A DNA stretch of 64,000 nucleotides from NCBI GenBank assembly GCA_965203295.1, contig CBDBCZ010000018.1, positions 1,024,001 to 1,088,000 on the forward strand. Direction: 5' to 3'. Position 1 is the first letter of the stretch. Every line of letters begins with the position of its first letter. Below the pieces are notes generated by a model. That model had not been told where the DNA came from. It saw only the letters and a list, made by a program, of their open reading frames with translations, and ran no database searches. Below, piece by piece: positions 48,901-61,329 of this stretch. Position numbers and translations under genes: made by a program. The stretch is from Nitrospirales bacterium. Its GTDB lineage: Bacteria; Nitrospirota; Nitrospiria; Nitrospirales; UBA8639.

Positions 48901-51900
48901 TAGCTCTCATTAACCCACGTATGTTTATCTAAGTGAACATTTCATCTGAAACTTCTCATCAATGGCACAAGGCATAATCAGTCAACACTCTCAGGGCTCT
49001 AGCTATCTACTGGCGGGAATATTTAATTGTAGATTTTAGGTAATGTTGTGATACACTCCTAAGTGTAATAATGAGGTTAGAAAATGGTTGTATATAATAG
49101 CAAACCTATACTCTAGTTACATTGATGTAATACTCACGCCTATTAAATGACGGTGCCACTGAAAATGCTGCATTGTTCACATTCACTTCTGAGCATGTCA
49201 TGGTCTCATTTTCAATCAGCTCAAAGCAGTCGTAGGTGTAGGTAGCAGTGTCACCAACGGACGGATGGAGTTGCCAGTGATTGTCACCTTGCCATTGTCA
49301 TTGTCAACCAGACTAGGACACAAGTGCTTCCAAAAATGGTTCATGCAAATCATTCACAAAAACAACAAATGCACCACCCATGATCCAAAATGGCCTGTTC
49401 ATCAAGCCAGCCAATATCAGTGGTTATAGTGTAGCTATTCACTGTTAAGTGTAATGCTAATTAGGTGGTGCATGTATTAATGGTTGGTCTAAAGGATGAT
49501 TCACAGAGGAGATCATTACAATCCGTGGGAGTTTACTAGAAAGATTTTTCACTATCCCATAAGGAGGACATTAGGGTGTTTCCCACCCAAATTCTGAATC
49601 CTAGCTGTAAGTTCACAGCGCATGTCTTTGTGTATTGAACCTAGCTGCCACAGGGGCAGCAGAAAGTTAAGGTTGCTTATACAGCTGTTAGTGAATATTG
49701 GGAGGTGATGGTGGGAGGAGCCTGCCATAGGCAAGTCGTTACTAATTGTAATACACATAGATTCAATTTACCGTCATGGATAGACACAACGGCTGTATCG
49801 GGATTGATCATCACTTCATCGGTAGGGTTAGCAAGTCTCACAGTGAAGCTCTCAACAACCTCAAGGAAACTGTCATCAACGATAGTGATTTCCACTGGGA
49901 CCACTGCGGTACCTCGATCAAACACTAGCTGTCTTGACAGTGAAACAAAATCGGTGTCTGCTATAATTATAGGAAAGAGAAGTAGAGCAGAGGTATGCAG
50001 GATACACTGTATAAAGGTATATTTACTTAATGTAGATCACTTGCATGACTATATATAGTCAGATAAAGCAAAACAGATATATACACTATGTACAAGTGAT
50101 AGCACAGTTTCTTCAATTCCAACACAAATTACAGCAAAGATCACCAATATTTGCTGACATTTCGACTACAACGTTGTAGTCTTCTTCAGGGAACGGCAAT
50201 GCAGTACAATGAATGGGATTAAATACTAAACCCGTGCAATTTGTACTGTATTGCTGTGCCCTGACCACAACATTGTAGTGGAAACGTCGGCAACTATTGA
50301 TGATCTTCTTTGCTGCAAATCGAGTTGGAAACTTTGCTATCATGAATTCTCGCTAACCAACGGAGAAATTCTCTGAACAATAACTATGTACAAATATTAA
50401 TTCCAATCCCACTGCGATTGTAAAGCTGTTGTACAGAAGTATACGCTACAGGGTTGGTGGAACTGAATTGATTCACCAGTGGCTGAGTCAGAGATGCGAA
50501 TTTCAGTTGAGAAGGCCACAGTCACCCTCTGTTGAAGGTCTCCTAGGACACTCACGTACACAGTTGCTACACGATCACTCTCCAGTGCAGTGTACTCAGT
50601 TTGGTTGAATCCAATTCTGGGAGCTGTACAACATGCATGGAAATGAGACTACGATAGTGTTTTTTCTCTAGTAGAATATTATAGGAGCCCAAACTGAGCA
50701 CATTTATATCAAACCAATTCAAGTCATGTTCAGTGAAACACTAGTTGTTCCATATACAAAACTAGCACTAACTAATCATGAAGAATGCAGTGAATTTTTT
50801 TTGTATACTCTGTATGTGCATATATGGGTATAGCTACCGCAATAGTGAAATGAATAGGGATCCCCTCACAATCATTGTCCAGTATTTCCACGAAAGCCAC
50901 ACTTGGATCAAGTCGAACATTTGCAGGGAAGTTGACCATAAATGGATCTGGAACAACTTCTATGCTGAAAAACTCCACTCCTTCTGGTACATCATCATCA
51001 ATGATTTGAATTTCAATACACGTTCGACGAATGATACCAGTGATGAGATCAAAGAAGATATCATTGCCAGCTTGAAGTACAGTATAGTCACCGGGATCTT
51101 CATGCATGGAGAAATGAGGGAAAATATAATTCAACTCTCAACTCAAACTCTTGAGACAACTCACCAGTAGCAGTGCCTCGAATGGTGTTGGCGGCAAGAC
51201 TCACTTCGAATCCTTCTGGAAATGCTACGTCATCATCAATGTTCATGACACGGACACAAAACTCAAGTGTACTCTGGCTTTCTATTATTCTGGTGACATT
51301 TTGTTCAAATCCGATTATGAAATCTGTCATGTGAGAAAAAGATTCAAGTACACAACTATACCGAAAAACAAAAATACTTGTGTTAAACCAGCAAGGGTTA
51401 TCTGCATGAGTTGTAGCTGCACTACCAAATTATGCAGGAAGCCAATTACCATGGGAATTTGACCCCCCTAGAAAAATTACGCCCAGTATGTGCAGATCCC
51501 ACCCACCACCACTTTCAAAATCTTCTTCCACAAGCAAAAAATCCTGGTACATCATTTCAAGGATTTTAGCTGCCATGTAATTATTTCGAATTCCCATAGA
51601 TCAGTTTCCTGCAATAGAAATTGCTTAGATTGATAGTGCAGCTGCAAGTGACATTACCCTACCTGGTTTAAATAATTTTACAACAAATATGTAGGTATCA
51701 CAAGGAGGTTAAGTATCAAAGATGTCATGCCACAATACAGACTGTAATAGCTGGGTGAGGGTCCCAGTGGAGTCACACTTGACAACATAAAATCGTGGAC
51801 AAAAAGGAAAAAAAGCTTTGTCTCTATTGCCTGTACGATTTTAGTCATTTAATGGCAGATACAGTTTGCAGGACAGAACTACCTCTTAAGCTTGTCTGAG

Positions 51901-54900
51901 CTGAAAGCCTCATACCAACCTCATACCAACTAACCATCATCATCTATAATGACAACAGTTGCTGTGGCAAAGAGACTGCCTCTGTTAGCTGCAAGGTTGA
52001 TGTTTGTGACTCCCTGATCTTCCAGGGATAGCTGGATTTGAAATGTTTCAATAGGCTCAGGAACATTAGGATTTGCAGCACTATCATCAAATAATTCAAA
52101 GCCATAGTCTATCTCCTGCTCATCAGCATCAAAATGCTGTCTCTGTACTTGTGGATTGGCTACAAAATCTTCATCTGGTTGTGCAGCTGTAGGACCACTT
52201 TCAAGTGTAAGTGTGGCAATCACTGCAAATGTAAGTTCTGATTGCTGGTTATTCTCTTTAATAATTGGAATTCGTATTATTTCACCATTGGCGTCGATGG
52301 CTTCAGATACTGTATATCTCTCCTGTTCAAACCCAATATTGATAGCTGCACAATGAAATAAAAAAAATACCAGCACCATAAAGTTTCTCAAGTTGTGTAA
52401 GCATTACTAATTAAGGCAGAGCCACTATATAGCAAAGCATCCAGGACAATGGGCGTAAGCGTGTCAGATAAGATATTCAGATATAATGAATGCCTACTGG
52501 GATACTTCTGTTGGGTCTCTGGTTATGGGTCTGGGTGGGGACTACTTCATGGAATGGAACTGAAAGAAACAAAGCAAAATTGCAAAGCAAAATTGCAAAG
52601 TGTAAAGCCCAGAACTTAGAGCTGTGAACATGAACCTAACCCTAACCCTAAACTGCTTAGTCTGCAGTTTCAGTATGTTCCATTCTGTTCCATGAAATCT
52701 GCCTGGGTCTGAGGTTACGGCTCGAGGTTTACAGGTCAGAGTTGACAGCTCCTGAATAGAACTGATCAATTTAGGGATTTGAATGGCTTAATGTACATTA
52801 CCATGGCAACCACTTTTTCCCATGCTTATAGCACTCAAAGGAAGCCACATACAGGGATCATTGCTATACCAATGTACATTAAATCAGTTAAAGGTCAGTT
52901 TGGGTGAGGGGTTAAACTCCTTGGCTTCGCCTCGGACTTACCCCTCACCCAAACTGACCTTTAACTATTACTTATATGATGCAGTGACATCACATAACTT
53001 ATTAACATATTTAACCTTTTTCTTGTGCCTATGATGTAATAATTTGAATCCTTACGGTCATCATCGATGATTCTTCCCAAAGCTGCAAACCGTCCACTCC
53101 GTAAATTAACCCTCTCCGGATTAGCTGCACTAACAACCTCCATGAATAGAGCAAAATACTGCTCCCCTTCATTGATATCATCATTTGTTATTCCAATATC
53201 GAGAGTTGTGACAGTTGCACCTCCAGCTACAAAGATGATTTCCACGGGCACAGCGGAAAAATCAGCAATACCTGTGAAAAAATAGTAACAGTTAGTTATT
53301 ATTCTGCACATGATAGTAGCTTACTTAGGAACTTACTTGTGGCAATGTTAGGTGCATCAGGGTCGAAAGGAGGAATTGTAGGAAAGGCAGATGGTTATGG
53401 ACGGGTGAGTGCTTCAGTGATGTCTACTGGAACTATTTGCACTGTCAAGTCAGTGGCTATGTTTGTAAGCAGTTGCACTGCAGGTTGTATAACCTCTGCA
53501 CTTTCCAAATTAGAATAAGTTGAATCAAGGAACTGAAGTGTGGCATCTGAAAAACATGGAAAGTGCACAAAATATTGCACAGTACTATACAATACTATAC
53601 TAGCTTGAAGCAAAACACCACATTAAAGCTTCAACGCTCACTCTCAAATGCGTTATTTGTAACTTACTCTCTACATCTGCAATGACAACATGTAGTGTTG
53701 GAGCCACAAATTGTCCAGCCCCTGCTGGAGCTATTATAGCTCTTCCGGCATTATTGAGTCCCTCCAATGTCAGTGTAAAATCCTCGGCTGGTTCAAGTGC
53801 TACACCATCAAGTCGGACAAAGGTGGTAAGGTCAAATGGCACTCTGGCATCTGGCCCTTGAATTTCAAATGTTGTCGGTTGGATTGTAAAATCAGCATTG
53901 GGACCTTGCGCTGCAAGTCAATGAAAATCAATGAGTCCATGTATATTATAGTATGGAAAGAGTTACGTAATAAAAGGTTCATACACCAAGAGTCGAGGCT
54001 CGGGGCCGCAGCTGCTGATACACAGAAGTGGCCACTGTTCTTATTGTTTAATATTATATGACCAGTAGCGCATGGACCACCTATATAACCAACTGATGAA
54101 AAATACAGCTCTAAAAGCTCACACTTACTGGCACTTCCTGTAACATCTATACCGAAATGTGCCAAGTTTCTTCTGTCTATGCCTGTCAGTGTTTGCACAT
54201 TCCCTCCTTTAATGAACCCTATGGACAGGAGTATAGCTTCGCCTTGCTCTTCTAGTGAGATCTCTGGCGCATTTAGAAATCCAAACACTGTAACAAAAAA
54301 AGATTAAAAGTAGTAGGTAAACCAAGTTTGGGGCATTGCATGCAAGATACAGCTTAAAATTGACCTTGTGGGTTTGTGCCACATAAAATCACCTTACAAA
54401 CTCCAGATTGGCATGTGGTACCTAGCATACCACCTTCACTTCTGTATCTTACTACAGAAAAAGTGCTTTACCAAAGTGCAAAAACCATTCATGTAGCTAG
54501 GGATGCACTTCCGTAGCTACAACTCTCACCGCAATGCATCCACAAGTTACCTGGCCAGGCTAACTACGCATCCCGAAGCAATGCATTGCTGCTACAAATC
54601 AGAGCAAAGTGTGTTTACGCAGATCATTCTGGTAATTGAAGATGTAGAGACGATAGTCACCGATCTGTCAACGCACTGTGCTGTGATCTGTATAGCTACT
54701 CTGTAACACATTGCGATGTGATCATGCAGAGTCATTCAATGGCGTAAAATGGCAAACGTCAACTCGAGAGTGCTCATGAATCACTGCTGTACTAATCCGA
54801 GTTCTTTACAAATGCTATGCCATAAAGGCACTACCCGAGGGTCAATCATGCCCGTTTGTGCTGTGATCACTGCAGCCTGGCTGAAAGTAGATATAAGTTT

Positions 54901-57900
54901 AGGACTTCCTGATATAGCTACTGCTGCGATAGTTTGCAATGGTTTGTAGCCACTGGTGTTACTGTGTAGTGAAACGTAATTGTCCTCTAGCATCCTTGTT
55001 GCTAATGCATGTAAACACCTGAGAGTATAAGTGGTATGGCATCTAGAGCAGAGTTCTGTTCGTATGTTGTTGTACACGTCATGTGACGTTGCGTATGCGG
55101 TATACTACCCTAATACAAACATGGCACAGTGCAGATAACACCGAATCCCTGCAATTTTTTATCCAAAAAATTGGCAAGGGGCTGAAAAAAATGCATGACA
55201 GAAAGTACTTGATAGTGCATATAGCAATATAGGTATTCCTTCTTATTATTTGTCACAAAAATGAAACATAACAACTTGCTTAGTTGTACAGTATGAAACT
55301 GTCCCTACAAACTCCAATAAACACTCTCAAATTGAATGGTAAATAAGCTAGCACTCCATACTAGTTCAATCAGAAGACATTAGAATTAGACCACTCCAGG
55401 TCAGGCTAGCCCGTTATGTACAATCCTTATCAAAATCTTTAAATAAATTGAAAATCTAAGGCAGACGTTGGATGGTCCAGCAACAAACCCTTGCCTCATC
55501 CCCAAGCCTTCCCCTGCACAAGCAAACTGAGTAAAGTTTTTATGCGTGCGGGGAAGGGCTGTGGATGAGGCTAATTGAATCCATCATGCTTCATGATGGA
55601 ATGAAATAATTTTGCAATGTTGGTGTATTTTAGATTGTGCTAAAATTGAACAAATATTATGGATGCGCTAAGGAATGATTATTTGAACCTATCATTTCAT
55701 ACCAATGCAGGCTGTACAAAATTCATCGCCTGTGGTGTCCTCAAAGAAAAACCCAGGGTTCTCAAGACAGCATTCTTCAATGGTTGCAGCTTCGAAATTA
55801 GGAGTATTAGTGAAGCAATTCAATTCCCCAGCAAAAGAGGGTACAGTGTAGCATCTGATCTGTGCACTTCCTGTAGGGAGAGAAAGTAGACTCCACTGAA
55901 TGATATTGTACACAAATGAACAGCTATCTGAAAATGGCCTTATTGAAAAAGAATTTTACTTCATTCCAAGGCTATAAGTTGGTAGAGAGTTTTAGCATTT
56001 AATTTTACTAGTCAATGATCATCCTCGGATGCCAATTCTTTATCAGTTGCAATCTCACACCAGGCATATTTCTAGGCATATAACTAGATAATCTCATGAA
56101 AAAGCAGGAATATAACTCCAGTATGCCATTGAAAAAAAAACCACAATTGCCCACCCAGGAAGTATTATGATCAGCCACAATGATCATATCCTGTATGTAT
56201 TGACCTCTGTACTGATATATATTTTATCAGTATTCATAGCTTCCTGCACGGAAATAACAACCACAAAAAATGTCGCCCTCGTGTGATAATGCGCTATATG
56301 AGTCGCTTTGCAACTTGTCTTGACGGTGCTTCCTTTTAGGTTCTCTATGGTTTGTAACTTGTCAGTGCATCTTTAGAGCCTAGTAGAGATACTATATTCC
56401 AAATGTCTAAGTCAGTTAGACACCCTGTAAGGTTTCTCTCGGTTTCGACAACCTTAGCACTTAACATAATTACCTCAGGTATGCCTCAGTAATTATGTTA
56501 ACTGCTGCAGTTGTCAAAACCTCAAAAAAAAACTGTACTCGGTGTCTAACCTACACATAGGCAATCAGAAAAACACGGAAAACGTAAAGCAATCATAGGA
56601 CCAGCTGCAGCACGCTGTGCGCTCCGGCTGGTAAAAACAGTCTAAACAAACTATAGGTGTCCACAATCTAATGGATACTGTTCGGCCATTATAGTGGTCC
56701 ATCAAAACAGCATGCATGATAAACCAGAACTTCCACACCTAAATTCACTGAAAGTTGGAGTTACAGGTAAGCATTGGACCTGTTGTGTACTTACTGAAAG
56801 GGAGAGAAGAATTATGGTGATATTTTTTTGCTACAAGCCTCATAAAATCTTTTCTCCTTAGCTCCTTATGGGTTTTAGGAAGGGTTCTTCCTAAATACCA
56901 CTCTGTGCAAAGAACTACTGGAAAGTTTTCCCTGAATCAATAGTGCTGACATTACTTCACCCCCTGGTAGACAAACTGTACTGATTAAGATGTGCCTGAG
57001 TGAGCCTCACACTAGCAATGTCTAAGTGTGCCTCAATCACACAGTGAGTGTAATCCGTAAAATTAGCTCGCTTGCTATATATAACATTAATTATCATGAA
57101 CAGTACACAAGAGTCACCTTTTGCCACTAAGGCAGTGAGAAGGCAAGTTGCAAGCAAAGCCACTGCATGCACCATCCTACCATCAAGCAATATTGCCTTA
57201 TCAATATCTAGTGTTCAATTACAAAAGTGAAAACACACAGAAAAGGCAAACTAATGAATGTTTACATTGAGACATACTGTTTTGTACATGCAATGATTTC
57301 TGCACATGCATGCTGATACTGGTCATGTGTGGGCATAGTTCAGTTTATATAGGGCTCTGCCCAATTGAATGCACTGAAAAACCATCACCTGATTTTATGG
57401 TCTGAGCAAGAATCACATAGTCACAGACATGTATGCACTGCAAAAATCAAAGGATGGTTTCAAACTAGCTGGGGTTATCTCAGTTGCAGTCTACAAAACA
57501 ATGCGTACGTAAACAAGTAGATCACTTTACCACCCTATTTCTCCAATTTCAGAAGAAAGGAAAGATCCATTAGGACTATTAGTAACACATATCTTGTTAC
57601 TAGTCTCACCAAAGAAAAAAAGATTTAGCTTGGCTTCCTGAGTAAAGTGATCTTATTGCACTGCACGTAACTGCAAATTCTCTGGTACTGGGGCTGCAAC
57701 TGAGGTAACAAAAAATTGGTTAATCAAACCACTTTATATTTGCAGTGTGGGCAAAGCTAAAATCCGTACCTCATGATTTTACTAAAATGAAATTGAAATA
57801 TATTTTGCCCTCAATGTGAGCATCCTTGTTCCCATGTACATTGATGAAAAAACACACAAAAATGGAAGTTAGGAGAGAGGGGAGTCTGGTAGATATTACA

Positions 57901-60900
57901 ACTTCGGTGTGACATGATTTTGGGCAGAGATTTGACATTATAAAATAGATGATTACGCTAAATGATTATGCTGCTCTTTGCATGATTATTGCTCTTGTTT
58001 ATCAATCTGCAGACTAGCAGCATATCCAGTCTAGAATATGACGTCACGTTTGTGTATTACTTATCGCTAAACGTATTTTATATGGGGGCTTATTGCGGCG
58101 CCAACGGGGCGGGAAGGCCCAAAAATGGAGCTTCGCTTCTGCGTTCATATCTCGGAAAAGCAAGCATATCTACATGAGATCTGCATATTGAATAAAAGTT
58201 CAACCTTTGCTGGTTCCGATGGTACCCAGCATTAGCGTGAACTCGGCCTTTTTGGGGACCCTACGAGCAAAAAGCGGCTGCCTATCAGAAAAAAGTTGTT
58301 TTTTCCATTTTCTGAACAAAGTGGTGCAAACCTTGCCAGCAGTAAGATTTCAGTGCAGCATCAACAAGCACAAGTTGAATCGAATGAAAAATCAAGTCCG
58401 GAGTCAATCGGCCTCGGAATGGCTGAGATACAAGCCATTAAATTGAGAGGCTGAAAACTGAGAAACACGGGTAGGACCTACACAAAAAAATAGGAGTGCT
58501 TCGGATATAACTGCACAGCAAAAATAATGCACTGGTTCCTATAGTCTCTTTTTCCCAGAAGATCTTTCCTACAGCTCTTGTACTTCGTCTTCAATGGCGG
58601 CTTTTGCATATTAAACTTTTTAGCCTTCCATTTTCGGAACAAACCGGTGCAAGTCTCTGAGAGCCTCGAAACTCGTACCAGATGTTGCTTTCCACGTGAA
58701 CTACTGGACGCAAGTGGTTTGGAATGCAAACGATCGCGATTCTGGACGATCTGGGGGAAAAAGGGACGAAAATTGAACATCTGGACCCCCAAACTTTGAG
58801 TTCAAAGTTCACACTTCCGCGTGGGTGTACACATACCATCATGATTACCTAGGCAACGGCGGCGTGCGCAAGCCTGTAGTGCTCTTTAATTAGCGTATGT
58901 AGCCGTTAGAATTGCATTTGCGGAGCTGTATCTTGCAAGAACGAGCTAAGGTGATGAGTTGTTCCTCTACGCGTGTTGCGACCCTGTTGAGAGCATTCCT
59001 CAGCGCGATTCCGCCACTGTAAGTGAGCTTTGCCAGGATGGTAGCCTGATATCTCGACTAGCAAGTCCGTTCTTAGTATCATTGCTCACAAACCCCCGTC
59101 TAGAACTCTATCTTCCGTTAGCCGACTATTTTACTGCTATAGCTACTACTTCAGTACCTTCATCTGGGCGTTACAGCAGCAATTCTTCAGCTCCTGCATC
59201 GACGCTAGCTAAAATGATTACGTCAACGGCCGCACGTAATAATGAGCGTGGGCACTTCCTGGTTACGTTTTCGTGTCCGCCGACGATTTGGGCGATAAAT
59301 CCGATGTCTTATTCTAGACTGTATCTGTCAGCTATATACAGCCACATAGGATGGGATTGTAGTTGTGTGTGGCAGGATAATATCCTACATCCTAGGCTGA
59401 GAGATAAAACGTGGACGAGGAAGGCCTGGGTGTAAGGCTATACCACTTCAAGCCACCACATTCATGATACTTTACTCTGTATTCATGTCATCGCAATACA
59501 ATTTTTTCCATGTACATGTACCATACCACACTCTGTGACTGTGGATGAGACAGCTGCATGGATTAGAGTTCAGGATCTGAGCTCAAATTACACCAAAGCC
59601 ATACTAAGGAAGTCCAAGAGGGCACAATGCAGCTGGCCAACAAGATAAGACAATTATTGTGGTATCACTATAGTGATCTTTAACCTGCCTAACCTGCCTA
59701 ACCTGCCTAATCTGCCTAACCTCCTGTAGTAAGTAGTGAGTACTCATCTAATTAACCTGCCACAACATTATTCTAAGCGGCCATAACCCTAACCAGGTTA
59801 CAACCTTGCCAAAACCTCCAGTGAATTTCTAGGCTGGTCAACTACTAGTGCCACAGGCAGCTACCTTATAAACGGTGCACACATCATAGCTAAAATAATT
59901 TCTCATTTGATTACATGTACTCCCCCTATATCTATAGTTTCACCCACACTGCCCATACAGAAGTACATAGGCTAGTACTTGCCAAAAGATAATGCCAACA
60001 AAAGAAGTAACCGAATTCATGTAGCTAGCAACAGCTATGCAGCTACATATTTACGAACAAACCTATAGTAGGCATGCAAACAATTTGTGGCTATAGCACT
60101 TGTTTGCGAATCTGCACACTATATCTGTCAGCTATATACAGCCACTTTGAATGCGATTGTGGTTGTGTGTGGTAGGATAAAATCCTATATCCTAGGCTGA
60201 GTGATAAAATGTGACGAGGAAGGCCTGGGTGTAAGGCTATACCACTTCAAGCACCCCATGCACTCATGATAGCTACTTTACCCTGCATGTATTCGTGTCA
60301 TTGCTGCATTTTTTTGCCACATATACATGTACATGTACTATACCACACTTTGTGACCTTGGATGAGACAGCTGCACTAGAGTTTGGGATCTGAGCTTAAA
60401 TTACACCTAAGCCATACTAAGGAAGTCCAAGAGGGCACTACACAGCTGGCTATCGAGATTAGACAATAACTGTGGTATCACTATAGTCAACCTCCTGTAG
60501 TAAGTAGTGAGTACTCATCTAATTAACCTGCCACAACATTTTCTAATCCATAACTCTAACAAGGTTACAGCCTTGCCAAAACCTCCAGTGAATTTCTAGG
60601 CTGGTCAAGTACTAGTGCCACGGGCAGCTACCTTATAAACGGTGCACACATCATAGCTAAAATAATTTCTCATTTGATTACATGTACTCCCCCTATATTT
60701 CCACCCACACTGCTCATACAGAAGTACATAGCTAGTATTTGCCAAAAGATAATTCCAGCAACAGAAGTACCTGAATGCATGTATATAGCTCTCAACAACT
60801 ATGCGGCTATGCAAAGAAACCTATAGTATATAGGCATGCGAGCAATTACCTATAGTTTCTGGCTATAGCACTTGTGTATGAATCTGCAGTCTAGCTATAT

Positions 60901-61329
60901 CTGTCATAATTTGCATACGTCAGCGTTCATATAAACACACTAAACACAATATATAGTTACCTTGTGACACAGTAAAAAAAATCCTACATCCCAGGCGAGG
61001 AAGGCCTGGGTGTAAGGCTATAGCACTTCAAGCCACCCCACACACGATACTTTATCCTGCATTCATGCCATTGCTACATTTTTTTGCCATGTACATGTAC
61101 CATACCGCACTCTGTGACCCCGGATGAGATAAACACTAGATACTGCCTGAAACTCCAAACCTAGTGTTAGTTACACAACATCAGCTGGAGCTGTTTCTCA
61201 AATTTCCTTCCTAACATAATCATTGTTGCATATATATATATATACATGCGAAACACAATAGTTACCTTGTGACACAGTGCCAATGAGAAGAAAAGTTCCG
61301 AGCAAAACCACCGCACAGAGTGGCAACAT
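42033..61329 (-). CDS. Gene A: secreted Calx-beta/Sushi protein with duplicated 3' half; one in-frame TAA (possible null allele or pseudogene)
   Basis: Exons 61266-61329 (or 57118-57175), 55703-55870, 54129-54287, 53668-53910, 53337-53546 (TAA 53395-53397), 53056-53271, 51935-52345, 51165-51323, 50870-51097, 50477-50623, 49772-49960; then either 48225-48365, 47899-48099, 47250-47371 or the distal block ending 42033. Confidence 0.72.
44984..45126. mobile_element. piggyBac-type MITE
   Basis: TTAA|CCCTTTACCAACCA...TGGTTGGTAAAGAG|TTAA; absent from the paralogous intron near 49550. Confidence 0.75.
46208..46661 (-). pseudogene. Dead Calx-beta exon pair of the distal block (46503-46661, 46208-46435)
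   Basis: CGA->TGA at 46516-46518 and CAA->TAA at 46344-46346 relative to intact 51165-51323 and 50870-51097. Confidence 0.82.
47250..48365 (-). CDS. Gene A proximal 3' end: Calx-beta pair 48225-48365 + 47899-48099 and terminal exon 47250-47371
   Basis: Open; terminal exon encodes CPAAGVPVSENPLLSTDPLAIYCIDVCYRRFRRGRLCPR-stop. Confidence 0.75.
48418..49328 (-). pseudogene. Dead exons of the proximal block: Sushi (~49138-49328) and Calx-beta pair (48687-48822, 48418-48632)
   Basis: Sushi has an 8-nt insertion and lost cysteines; 48687-48822 is 136 nt (frameshift, paralog 138 nt); 48418-48632 has TAA in its third codon. Confidence 0.78.
49772..52345 (-). CDS. Gene A Calx-beta exons 51935-52345, 51165-51323 + 50870-51097, 50477-50623 + 49772-49960
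   Basis: INIGFEQERYTVSE...LFDDS...EPIETFQIQL...IIDDD; IIGFEQNVT...GTAT / DPGDY...IIDDDVPEGVEFF; RIGFNQTEY...DSAT / DFVSLSRQLVFD...IVDDSFLEVVESF. Confidence 0.85.
52886..52966. repeat. Perfect 26-bp-stem hairpin (Crypton-like palindrome)
   Basis: AGTTAAAGGTCAGTTTGGGTGAGGGG ... CCCCTCACCCAAACTGACCTTTAACT around a GGCTTCGCCTCGG core. Confidence 0.8.
53056..55870 (-). CDS. Gene A 5' exons: 6-Cys module 55703-55870; Calx-beta pairs 54129-54287 + 53668-53910 and 53337-53546 (nonsense) + 53056-53271
   Basis: Same exon order and near-identical lengths as units B/C (168/159/243/210/216 vs 171/162/243/216/213). Confidence 0.8.
56415..56550. repeat. Palindromic element (decayed Crypton-like)
   Basis: GTTAGACACC...GGTGTCTAAC outer arms; TTAACATAATTAC...GTAATTATGTTAA inner hairpin at 56461-56501. 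Confidence 0.6.
56690..56793 (-). pseudogene. Dead 6-Cys module exon
   Basis: Acceptor and start (VSTQQVQC) match 40957, then decay to TGA after ~30 codons. Confidence 0.65.
57118..57175 (-). CDS. Alternative signal-peptide exon (B/C type)
   Basis: MVHAVALLATCLLTALVAK, 58 nt, GTGACT donor, phase 1; TATA at 57344-57351. Confidence 0.6.
57436..57747. mobile_element. CACTA-type MITE with 2-bp TSD
   Basis: TG|CACTGCAAA...TTTGCAGTG|TG; empty paralogous site at ~41565 (TATATGGGCA). Confidence 0.78.
58040..59290. repeat. Inverted copy of the dispersed repeat at 19035-20490
   Basis: Reverse-complement similarity along its length. Confidence 0.72.
59320..61130. repeat. Local tandem duplication, ~0.8-kb unit (two full copies, one partial), in the first intron of gene A
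   Basis: TATCTGTCAGCTATATACAGCCAC starts at ~59322 and ~60122; GAGGAAGGCCTGGGTGTAAGGCTA occurs three times; (AACCTGCCT)n at ~59682-59720. Confidence 0.8.
61266..61329 (-). CDS. Signal-peptide first exon of gene A
   Basis: MLPLCAVVLLGTFLLIGTVSQ, 64 nt, GTAACT donor, phase 1, joins in frame to 55870 (G-SAQIRC). Confidence 0.68.

Noticed and set aside
58207..59435. ORFs in the dispersed repeat (also 19487-19804, 33600-33935) as a transposase
   Set aside because: Frames are not conserved among the three copies and show no catalytic motif
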